In this document: piece after piece, positions 13,108 through 23,879 of the stretch | Position numbering within the stretch: the first letter of the stretch is position 1 | How the letters are laid out: each line of letters begins with the position of its first letter | Assembly (NCBI RefSeq): GCF_006345805.1 | Contig: NC_043009.1 | Span: 35,278,001 to 35,342,000 of the forward strand | Source: Octopus sinensis | Taxonomy: Eukaryota | DNA: 64,000 nt | Direction of reading: 5' to 3' | Made by a program: the position numbers and the translations under genes | The notes under the pieces: generated by a model | Databases searched by the model: none | Told to the model about the DNA's origin: nothing | The model's input: only the letters and a program-made list of their open reading frames with translations

Positions 13108-13231
13108 GTATAGATGTGTGTACATATACGTATGTATATATATATATTAATCACTTTATTATATGATTTAATGATACATAAAGTGAGAATATAAATTATG
13201 AATATTAAATCAGAATAATAATTACTATAAA

Positions 13232-13347
13232 GGCGGCGAGCTGACAGAGTCGTTAGCACACCGGGCGAAATGCGTAGCCTTATTTCCTCTGCCGTTACGT
13301 TCTGAGTTCAAATTCCGCCGAGGTCGACTTTGTCTTTCATCCTTTCT
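13232..13347 (+). mobile_element. tRNA-derived SINE (family B), 5' part
   Basis: ggcggcgagctgacagagtcgttagc...gagttcaaattccgccgaggtcgacttt has a B-box-like GAGTTCAAATTCC. A related sequence is inverted at 38044-38142. Confidence 0.75.
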
Positions 13348-14257
13348 CACTCCCCCTCTCTTGCTCATGTGACTCCCACGTGACCATCGTCTAGATTTCT
13401 TTCTTCTGATAACTTGTGTTTCTTTCTTTCTCTCCTTTAGCTAGAACAAGGAAGACGTGTTATTGTCTGTCTCCTGTCCAAGCTTGATATATGCGTTCGT
13501 CACCACAACCTTGTTTAGGCTTAGTAGCCCTTCCTGTTTGTTTTCACTATCCTGTTTGTGTTACCAAATTTGACCCTCCGCAAAATCCCAAATTATATTC
13601 AATTTGCTTTGCGGGAGCAATTGTTTTATCGAAAGCGTATATTGTCGCCAAATACTCGGAATACGGGAGTAGCCAAACAGCCAACAATTGATGAAGGGTC
13701 ATTATTTATGTTATTTGTCTTGCTTTCCATTTGTGTTTTTCGTTGTTCGAAAAAATAGATCTGATACAAAGAAATAGATGATTAAACTTTGACCTTCCAG
13801 ATGGTAGTCTGACACTTACCATATCAACCCAGACAGCTTCAACTGACAATGAGATGACATCTGAAGTTTATTAAAATAAATTTGCAAAGAATTCTCAATG
13901 CTTTTGTTATAAGTGTCTATGAATGAACTGTCAAAGAAACAATTAATTTTCCTCTATCACATAGACAGAATCACATGACTAAGCTACATAACTCATTCTT
14001 TAAATTTGATCACTAAATTTATTTGAAATATATATTTTAACTAACTTTTTAGCAAATTATATAAACACACTTCATCTTCAAATAATGTATTTTCTTCATA
14101 GACGCCTAGTTCATCAGCCTATTTTAAATATACCCAAGTCATATATACATATATTTATGATGGCAAGTTCTCATGATTAAAACATATTACAACCTATAGG
14201 AAAGTTTGCGTAATTTTTATTATACAGGTTTCCTGACATCCTGTGCCCACATATGGC

Positions 14258-14304
<47 letters not shown>

Positions 14305-14308
<4 letters not shown>

Positions 14309-14411
14309 GTATAGATGTATGAAATATACGTATGTATATATGCATATATGTATATATATTATTTATATTATATGATTGGACGCCACGCATCCTCTTCCAA
14401 GTAGGTTATAT

Positions 14412-14449
<38 letters not shown>

Positions 14450-14568
14450 CGTATAGATGTATGAAATATACGTATGTATATATGCATATATGTATATATA
14501 TTATTTATATTATATGATTGGACGCCACGCATCCTCTTCCAAGTAGGTTATATATATATATATATATA
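14305..14568. repeat. Tandem duplication, period about 142 bp, with units separated by (TA)n
   Basis: acgtatagatgtatgaaat...gattggacgccacgcatcctcttccaagtaggtta is repeated, starting at 14307 and 14449. Confidence 0.9.
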
Positions 14569-14844
14569 TCAACAATTGAGGGTAAAATTAATTAATCAAT
14601 TTCACCAAGTGTTCAGTATGTAAAAGGACCATTTAAGGCGAATTCAAAATATTACATTATATAATTAGGGCTTAGTAAAATAAATTACTTTGCCACATAC
14701 TGAACTTAATAGAAATAGCAGCCAAAAAAAATTTTTTAGCCATTTCTACTACTTAAAGAAAATTTCTCTCAGATAATGTTTACTCAAGATAACTCACGAA
14801 GGTATGGAGGTAAATACAGAAAAATATCACATGTACAAAGATCG

Positions 14845-14907
14845 TTTGAGAACGTCAACGTTTCTAGATTAGCCAAATAAAATCAGCATTTCTTTCGTCA
14901 GCTCAAA
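14845..14907 (-). ncRNA. Type I hammerhead ribozyme motif
   Basis: It is the reverse complement of the motif at 15770-15832. Confidence 0.8.
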
Positions 14908-15769
14908 ATTTCTTAATTTGGATTTGGAAACACTAAAAGGAAAGAACTTTACCTCTCGGCGAACTTATCACCTCAGATGAATCAGCTCAAACTGCCAGTG
15001 CTAACAAATTCAAAATGCGCAAGTGTAGATTCCTTCACTCCTCTTCCACCCACGTGGTCTATCTAGCAAACATTATATTTTAACCGCGAGAACCGAGGCA
15101 GTATGACAGAGAGAAATGAATTATAATATCAACAATTGAGGGTAAAATTAATTAATCAATTTCACCAAGTGTTCAGTATGTAAAAGGACCATTTAAGGCG
15201 AATTCAAAATATTACATTATATAATTAGGGCTTAGTAAAATAAATTACTTGACGTTCTCAAACGATCTTTGTACATGTGATATTTTTCTGTATTTTTCTG
15301 TATTTACCTCCATACCTTCGTGAGTTATCTTGAGTAAACATTATCTGAGAGAATTTTTCTTTAAGTAGTAGAAATGGCTAAAAAAATTTTTTGGGCTGCT
15401 ATTTCTATTAAGTTCAGTATGTGGCAAAGTAATTTATTTTACTAAGCCCTAATTATATAATGTAATGTTTTGAATTCGCCTTAAATGGTCCTTTTACATA
15501 CTGAACACTTGGTGAAATTGATTAATTAATTTTACCCTCAATTGTTGATATCATAATTCATTTCTCTCTGTCATACTGCCTCGGTTCTCACGGTTAAAAT
15601 ATAATGTTTGCTAGATAGACCACGTGGGTGGAAGAGGAGTGAAGGAATCTACACTTGCGCATTTTGAATTTGTTAGCACTGGCAGTTTGAGCTGGTTCAT
15701 CTGAGGTGATAAGTTCGCCGAGAGGTAAAGTTCTTTCTTTTTAGTGTTTCCAAATCCAAATTAAGAAAT

Positions 15770-15832
15770 TTTGAGCTGACGAAAGAAATGCTGATTTTAT
15801 TTGGCTAATCTAGAAACGTTGACGTTCTCAAA
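15770..15832 (+). ncRNA. Type I hammerhead ribozyme motif
   Basis: TTTGAG CTGACGA A-AGA-aat-GCTGA-ttttat-TTGGC-taa-TCT-A GAAACGT-TG-ACGTT CTCAAA. Stem I has 6 bp, stem III is ACGT/ACGT and the triplet is GUU. Confidence 0.8.
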
Positions 15833-16009
15833 CGATCTTTGTACATGTGATATTTTTCTGTATTTACCTCCATACATTCGTGAGTTATCTTGAGTAAACA
15901 TTATCTGAGAGAAATTTTCTTTAAGTAGTAGAAATGGCTAAAAAAATTTTTGGGGCTGCTATTTCTATTAAGTTCAGTATGTGGCAAAGTAATTTATTTT
16001 ACTAAGCCC

Positions 16010-16091
<82 letters not shown>

Positions 16092-16299
16092 TTATATATG
16101 TTGTATTTAGGAATAGTCATTTTGCCAGTTTAGCCAATAAAAAATATATATAATAGATATAAAGAGGGTTATTATATACCAGTCTAAGTATTAAAGTATA
16201 ATCCAAGTAAAATAAAAAGCAAATTAAAAGGGGATATTTATAAAATAAAAATAATATATATATATATATATATATAAATCTATATTTAATATCAAAGTA

Positions 16300-16990
16300 T
16301 GGGATTAATTGTAATTATAAAAAGTAAATTATAGGAAAGTGCTGAAGCTATAGTATCCCATTCAATATCATGGTTTATATTATTTTCATTTAGCTCCCAT
16401 ATCAATTTGCTTGATTCATTTGAATTGGATTTATGTTTGTTTCTAAAGGTGTATAGATGCGTAGACATACTTCGTTTTATTTCATTTTACGTAGTTCCTG
16501 TATAAAATTATTTATTTTCTAGAGCTGTTAGTGCATTGATATGTCATACTTTTTCTTTTGCATACATTCTTATATAAACCTTTTTTCTAATCCTGCGTTC
16601 ACAATTATTATAGAGGTTAGTGTTTATCATATGTGTATTCAGCAGGGGAACACTATTAGACATTGTAGTGTTATTTTGTAAGATTCTGTTATTATGAGAT
16701 GAATTATCAACGGGGTTATTTGAATTAAAAGTACAGGACAGTTTGAGTAATTATTACTATTAATATTATCATTATAGATGTTTCTGTTTAAGTAAAATTT
16801 GTCTGATTTCATATTGTTGATAGAAGATATAATGGTTGCTAGGTTATGGGTTAAACTATATCCAGTGTTAATAGTTTTATTAATTATTTCAATATATTTG
16901 TTGTTAGTATTAAAATATTTAGCGAACCAGTAAATTTAATTGGATATTATTATCCTTTAATGAGTTATTTATCCTTTGATTTAATTTAGA
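16300..16990 (-). mobile_element. Penelope-like element GIY-YIG remnant
   Basis: Minus-strand motifs are GYSLTHNLATIISSIN and LYTGTT.NEIKRSMSTHLYTFRNKHKSNSNESSKLIWELNENNINHDIEWD. Confidence 0.7.
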
Positions 16991-17072
16991 TACGTAAATA
17001 CAAATATTCATTCATTCATTCACACATATATACATACAAACATACATATATACATGCATACATACATACATG

Positions 17073-17126
<54 letters not shown>

Positions 17127-17950
17127 AACATGAACTAAAAAGCTAGTTGTAAAATCTCTCTAATAATAGCAGTAGTTGTACTATCAAGCAATATTCGTAG
17201 CCATTTTAGCATGGCTGTTCTATTCGCACGGAATTTACTGCAATTTTGTAACCCTAGTAACACATATTCTCTAGCTGGTTAATGATGCACAACTGCAACC
17301 GATATATTGCAAGCAGAGGAACAAACACATACAATAGTTTACTACTGGACAACTCGTTTACTAGAGATAGCCGTATTTCGCCTTCGTTGATTAGCTAGAT
17401 GAGATGTCCTCTTGCGGTTAAGAAATCACAGTAAATTCTGTTTAAACAGAACAGCCATGTTGAAGTGATAACGAACATTACTTGGCAGTACAGCGTCTGC
17501 GATCATCTCTAGGAAAGGTTTTAGAACTAGATTTTTAGTTGCTATACTAGCAAGTAATGCTCGCAGCATATCGGATGCAGTTGTGCATCGTTAACCATCT
17601 TGAGGAGATACCCTCTTGGGGTTAAGAAATCGCAGTAAAGTCTGTTCAATCGGAACAGCCATGTTAAAGTGGCTACGAACATTATTTGCTAGTACAACTA
17701 TTGCGATCATCTCTTAGATTTTAGAACTAGCTTTTTAGCGACTGCGTGTCGCTTGAATTTATATATATTGCGAGTAAAGGCGAGCTACTACCATCTCTAA
17801 CAAACATGGCGTTCAGCACTGACGAGAGGCAGAAATAGCCCAAAACCAGACTAGTATGCTGGTCATGTCGATACAAGGTGGTAGTGGTTCGTTCCCCTGC
17901 TCACAATATACTGGATGCAGATGTACATTGTTAACCAGCTAGAGGAGATA
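17127..17950. repeat. Cluster of a repeat of about 190 bp: one inverted copy (17127-17310), two direct copies (17390-17545, 17570-17740) and the 5' end of a fourth (17910-17950)
   Basis: The copies share the core ttaaccagctagaggagat-tcctcttggggttaagaaatcgcagtaaa...gaacagccatg...gctacgaacatta. Confidence 0.75.
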
Positions 17951-20900
17951 AAACTTAAATAAAACTTAGATTGTTTCGATCAAAGATTAGTCCAGGCCAT
18001 GTCTAACTTAATAGCACCACCTGATAGGATTATGTAAATCCTTATTAAGTCAGGTTTTCTTTATGGGCCATTCAAGTAGTGAGTTCTTGTTGAGTGAGTT
18101 GTATCCAGGTATGAGTGGATTATCTGGTATTCCTTGAAATCTGTCCAGACTCCGTTTAAAGGTGATGGGATCCTTTTCCTCTTTGATTAGTTTGGGACAA
18201 TGTTAAACAGGGCAGGGCCTGTTGAAGAAAAGAAATTGTGTCGTAATGTACCAATATGTTATGATACTGAATTGGGCAGGGGGCGTATGGCCCGTGGTCC
18301 CAGCCTTGAATGAAACGTGAACCTAATCTTCAGGTCGTTTGGGCAATCCTAGCGGTATATACTCTACATCGTACAAATGATGTGCCGCTCGCGGCGGCGC
18401 TAGAGAGAGTAGAGTAATCAAGATCAGTCATGCCTTCAATTCGTTTAGTGAATGCCCTCTGGGGTGATTCAATTTTCGAGATGTTTTGTTTTGTATGGGG
18501 AGCAGTATTCGATGTGTGGCCGTACAAAGGAGGAGAAATGTGGGATGATAACACCTTGTTCTCTGGTCAGGAAGGTTCTTAAAATCCAGGAGCTCATCCT
18601 ACGAGCTATATCAACCTGAGATTGTTATCAACAATTACACCTAGGTCTCTGATATTATTAGATGCTGCGAGCGGTTCACTTGAAGAGAGTATGGCTGTTT
18701 TAGTATAGATTCCTTCCAAAATACATCAGCTCAAATTTTCCCTCGTTTAGTTGCATTTTGTTTTTGTCTGCTCATTGACTCACAACATTTAGATAATACT
18801 GGAGTTGAGATTAGTCTTCTTCTTCATTGATGATTTGCTGGAGTTTAGTGTCATCAGCAAATATTTTCACTATGCAGTAATTTACGACGTTGGAAAGGTC
18901 ATTTATGTAAATTATAAAGCGGAGTGGGCCCAAGACAGTCTCCTGAGGGACACCACTGGTGACGTTTGCTGGGCTTGAGTGGATTCCATCGACAACAGCA
19001 TGTTGTGTTCTTTTCGCCAGGAAATACTTAATCCAGTGTAGAAGTTTTCCACGGTTTCCAACATTTGCCAATTTTGAGAGTAGGATATTATGGTCAACTC
19101 TATCGAACGCTTTCTTGAAGTGAGGATATATTACATCAGATTTCAAACCTGTTCCCAAGGATTTAAGTATAACTTCAATGTGATGTAAGACAGTCCCTGC
19201 CACAGCGAAAGCCATGCTGATTTGTATTTAAGAGTTAGTGGATCTCCAGGAAGTCAGCTATCCTTGATCTTACCACTCTTTCAAACACTTTAATGATGTG
19301 GAAGGTGAGTGAGATTGGGTGATAGTAAATTGCGAGGGACATGTTTCCTTGTTTGAAAAGCAGGATGACAGACTGGGATACGAGCTGTCTAAAAGCTCCT
19401 ATCTCAGATTTTCTCCAGAGGTTGGTCAGAGGGACTGCAGTTTGGCGTCTACAATTCCTTCAGGAGACTAGAGGGGAATCTATCAGGGCCTACAGCGGAA
19501 TAGTATTTGACCTCATTTATTGCTTCTCTTACACTTCTCTTACGTCAATATCGGTGGGATCACTAAAGACAGAACAGTATTGTTTCTGCTGTATTTCTGC
19601 CATTTCTTTAGTATCGTGTTGGAGAATGCCGTTATCATCGATCAATGGCCTAATGGATGAGACAACGGTTCTATGCTTACTTGCACAAGAATAGAACACT
19701 TTTGGGTTCTGTTTGATGTTTTTGATTACCCAGTGTTCCTCCGCAGCTCTTTGATTTTCAATGGAGGTTTTCATGTCGGTCGTCAGATGAGGTTTTTCCA
19801 ACTACAGCTTTTTCATTGTTGTTGAATGTGGATGTTGTATGTGGGAGTATTTTAACTGAAATACTGTGAACGGAGTGGTTGGTTAATATTATATCCAAGA
19901 TCACTTTATTCTGTCTTGTTGGTTCGAGCACTAGCTGAGAAGAATTTATCCATTAGATTAAAGAGTAATTCTGCTACTGCTTTATCTGATGTAGAGCATT
20001 TGCCTAACTTCAGAGCATTTATGGGCCAGTTTATATGAGGGAGGTTAAAATCACCCTTCACTAGTATGTTTCGGGACTTGTATTTTTGAATGAAGGACTT
20101 GATTTTGTTCAGGCACTCGTCAAAGCACTTTAGAAGTGCTTGGGGACGCATGTAAAGACCAACAATGATTATGTCTTTGGTCTTGTTGAATAGTGATATA
20201 GATTCACAATAGCCACTAGAAAATATATTCTTGGCATCAACTGAAAAGGTGTCATGGATAAAGATGGCTGTCCCGCCTTTATTTCGGTCTGTGCGATCTG
20301 TACGGACGATGATGAAATCTTTTATTTTCACCTCGGCATCCATATGGGTGTTGTTTAGGTGATTTTCAGTAAGGATAAAGAAATGGTAGCAATGTGCAGT
20401 TTCGGCAAGCCAACTCTCTATATACGGGATCTTCCATTTTTGGGCAATGAGTTATGGGTTGATGCCACGTACATTTAACAGGAATGTCGAGGCAAGGGTA
20501 GTTTGATGCTTGCATTGTTCTAAGTTACGTTTTATGTTGTTCAGAGGTAGCAATGAGGGCAGTTTTTGTATGGAGCTGTGTGTGTATGATTTTCTAGTTG
20601 GTGGTGGGTGATCCTTGTGTTTTGCATAAATAGTTGCTGATAGTTCGTTAGATCTCCTGGCTTAGTTCGGCCTTCATAATTTCTAGATAAGTTAGTAAAA
20701 AAGAGTTGCCTTTTTGGTTTGCCACTTGGTCAGAGGATACATAGTTCATGTTTATGTTATTTTGTGTTATGGTTTTTCCATAGTTCTGTCTTCGTTGTTT
20801 GGTTGTAGGAAGTGAAATGTGGTTGTATTTTGTTTTTGCTGTCATTGTAGGTCTCCTCTGTTGCTGTTTATATTTATTTTTCGATCGTTTTGTGCCCTCC

Positions 20901-22255
20901 AGATGGTGGTGGTTGCGTTTTGGGCTCAAGCAAATCCTTGGTGACATAGAAGTTTGGAACAGTTTAGGATGGTAGAAGGTGCATCCATTGCCTTTTGTGC
21001 ATTCATATTTAGGAGCATCGCCATGGCCTTTAGGACAGTATTTGGGGTGGAGGTGAGGGCAGTTTTTTTCCCGTTGTACCATACGGACAGGTGCCCTTAA
21101 CAAGTCTACGGCATAAGGTAGAATGGAATAAAAGACAGCGTCCTTTGTTGTTGGTGCCGCAGGGGCCAAATCTACAGTTATGTTGAGAATAGTAACGACA
21201 GGGTTTTTGACGTGGGCATAGTAGAGGTTTTTGTATACTGGCAGGCTCGTTGGTCAGTGGTCCTATTGTAGTAGCAGTAGTAGACTGTTGTTGTTGTTGT
21301 TACTGTAGCGGGAGTGAAACTTGACTTGTAATAGTAGGGCTAGGTGGAATCAGGCCAGATAGTTGTGCCAAACAAGGTGCTTCCGTTGTAGTAGTGGTAG
21401 CAGGCTGTTGTTGTGATAGTGAGTCCTGGATTACTACGGTTGTGTTGGGTGGAATTAGATCAGATAGCGATATCAATGAGGATGTCATTTGTTGCTGGCT
21501 AGCGGGTCGTTGAAGAAAACCTGACCTGTTGGAGTTGGGTCAGTTGGTGCACTACATCCATTGACAAGTATGACTTCTAGTGTTGCCATGTGCGTGTATA
21601 AAGTATGAATTGATCTTGCGATTTCTTTTATTTTGTTTTCGATGTGTTTTATAGGTCTGTGAAAGGATTGTTACGCTAATTTTTCAGCGATTTTACCGTA
21701 GACATTAGCTTTTACACTATTGTTATGATGAATGTACCAACCGTTTATCAGTGCACTGATTTCATTTTCTACCCCGTAATGTTTTAGAATATTATTGGCC
21801 AAATTCAGTGGGGCGATATTATACACTGTGCGTCAGTTATTGATGACTTGATGTATAATAGTGAATGCACCGTTGAAAAGTTTGTGTCGATATATCCGGA
21901 AATGCGTGGCTATATATTAGTGTGTGAGTCCAGTGTATTTAGTACAAGCCAGAATGAGCGGTGTGTTTAATACAAATCAAGAAAAAATAATTGTACTCAC
22001 GGGACTAGTTTTAGAACTAATCTTGTGTTTAGCTTTGGTTTATATTTGTATCTCAAGGCTGTGTATAAAGAAATTTGTGCAAATTTATCCTCCGATGATA
22101 GTAAAATAGTAGAATAGTAGAATTAAAGAGTTCTGGGACTAAAAACAAAGAAAGTCTACTGCTGGTTTCAATTGAAATCTTTTTCTTTGGCTACTGACTG
22201 GCCGGAGCTATGAAAAGTACGTCTTGTCACGATGAATGCCAAGCTCATATATCTA
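17950..22255 (-). mobile_element. CR1/L2-group (APE-type) LINE, near full length but decayed: ORF1 with Cys/His motifs, APE endonuclease and RT
   Basis: RT reads DVIYPHFKKAFDRVDH...SGVPQETVLGPL..IYINDL...FADDTKL (18811-19215). The endonuclease reads RTDRNKGGTAIF...VGLY...ILVKGDFNLPHINW (19906-20343). ORF1 reads CPHLHPKYC...CTKGNGCTFYHPKL...C...H (20648-21169). The 3' end has a short tandem repeat (taaaactta x2 on +). The boundaries come from the interrupted repeat copy. Confidence 0.9.
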
Positions 22256-22256
22256 T

Positions 22257-22339
22257 GATGTCCACTTGGGGTTAAAACATCGCAGTAAATTCCACTGGAA
22301 CGGAACAGCTGTATTGATGTGGCTACGAGCATTACTTAA

Positions 22340-22347
<8 letters not shown>
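22257..22347 (+). repeat. 3' remainder of the approximately 190-bp repeat copy split by the LINE
   Basis: gatgtccacttggggttaaaacatcgcagtaaattcc...gaacagctgt...gtggctacgagcatta continues the copy broken at 17950. Confidence 0.75.
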
Positions 22348-22426
<79 letters not shown>

Positions 22427-22510
22427 GTGTATGTACATATATATATATGTATATATATATATATGTGCGTGTGTGTGTGTGCAGAATATTGAAAAGGACC
22501 ACACGAGTTG

Positions 22511-22929
22511 ATATATATGGAAAAAAGTCAAGGTAGAAAATGCTAAAATAATTTTATATAAAACATTTAAGTACCAGTTTTAGTCATTAAGACTTTTTCA
22601 ACTGTAAGTATGGAAAACAATTAAATTTTGGAAAAATTAAGAGAAAAGTGTGTTTTTTTTAACGAATATTTGCATAGTATTCAAATACAAGAGGCAATTT
22701 TCTTGTTTCTGTCTTCTCTGCCTGTCTTAAGGACAAGCAGAAACAAGGAAAATGCCCCTTGCATTTGAATACTATGCAAATATTCTTTAAAAGTAACTTT
22801 TCTTTTAATTTTTCCAAAATTTAATTGCTTCCACATTCACAGTTGAAAAAGTCTCAGTGACTGAAACTGGTACTGAGATGTTTTATATAAAATATCTTTT
22901 GGCATTTTCTACCTTGATATATTTTCCAT

Positions 22930-22937
<8 letters not shown>
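22511..22937. repeat. Long imperfect inverted repeat (arms about 200 bp) between TA runs
   Basis: tcaaggtagaaaatgc...gaatatttgcatagtattcaaat is mirrored by atttgaatactatgcaaatattc...gcattttctaccttga, with the centre near 22725. Confidence 0.85.
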
Positions 22938-22962
<25 letters not shown>

Positions 22963-23606
22963 GTATATGCACACTGGGATATGTGTGGCTTCTATACCTC
23001 CACTCAGGTCGTATGCTACACTCAGCAAACTATGTTAGAGAAATAAGCATAACGACAAGTAAATAATCGAGCTACGTTACAAAAAGTCACCAGAGGAGAC
23101 ACATCTGCACCTGCGGTGCATGGCAATTGATTGTACAGTATCTGATCAGTAATTTATGAGTAAATGAGGAGTCGAAACGACGGTAGAAGTTCTGAGTAAA
23201 TGTTTCATGAATTCCATTTCCTCTGTCCCATATATTTTATATAAACTTTACGGACATAAAACAATTCTTGAAGTAAATTCAGTGCTATGTACCTCCTTAC
23301 TGTTGTAGACATCAGGTGGCCGAAAACTGTAGACGGGCTTTAAACAGCATATACAAGAATATGAAATTATTATTTTACACACACACACACACACGCGCGC
23401 GTGCTCGCGCGCACACACACTCACATGTTTGCGCAAGGAATACTTGATACTGTTGGAACGTTTACTGAAATCTTTTCTAAAAAATTAGTATGTATTAAAA
23501 CATCTTAGAAAAACAGAATGACATGAACTTCTTTGAAGGAAGTTTCCGTATTGAGCGTAGAAGTGCTTACGTTGTTAGGTTTTTCAAATACACGTGTTAT
23601 GCAGTG

Positions 23607-23845
23607 CAGTAATCCCTCGCCATATCACGGTTCATCTATCGCATTTTACCTATCGCACTTTATTATTTAAGCGTACGTCAATTCATCCGTGGTGTTGTTT
23701 TGCGTTTATAATAAAATAGATATATACAAATTATAAATGTTATTTTTTAAAAATGCAGTACAGTATTGTTTCTACTTCGTGGATTTTCACCCATCGTGGG
23801 GTTGGGATTGGAACGTAAACACTCACGATAGTTGAGGGATTACAG
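23607..23845. mobile_element. Tigger/pogo-like MITE
   Basis: The termini are CAGTAATCCCTC and GAGGGATTACAG followed by TA. It is about 240 bp with no ORF. Confidence 0.6.
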
Positions 23846-23879
23846 TAATCCATATAGAGGGAGTTATTTTTGCTAGCAG

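Larger units (their letters stand above)
14569..16018. mobile_element. Non-coding HHR-bearing element with a unit of about 560 bp: a 1.2-unit copy on - (14569-15250) joined to a 1.35-unit copy on + (15249-16018)
   Basis: tcaacaattgagggtaaaatt recurs at 14569 and 15129 (period 560). Orientation switches at about 15250. The unit is colinear with the 40.3-43.1 kb array unit and (TA)n flanks both ends. Confidence 0.9.

Noticed and set aside
18845-18860. CTGATGA on the minus strand
   Set aside because: It is produced by the FADD codons of the RT active site and has no ribozyme fold.
23510-23580. Minus-strand CTAACAA-CGTA...TACG-GAAACTTC...GAAGTT
   Set aside because: Stems II and III pair, but two core G residues are lost and there is no stem I.
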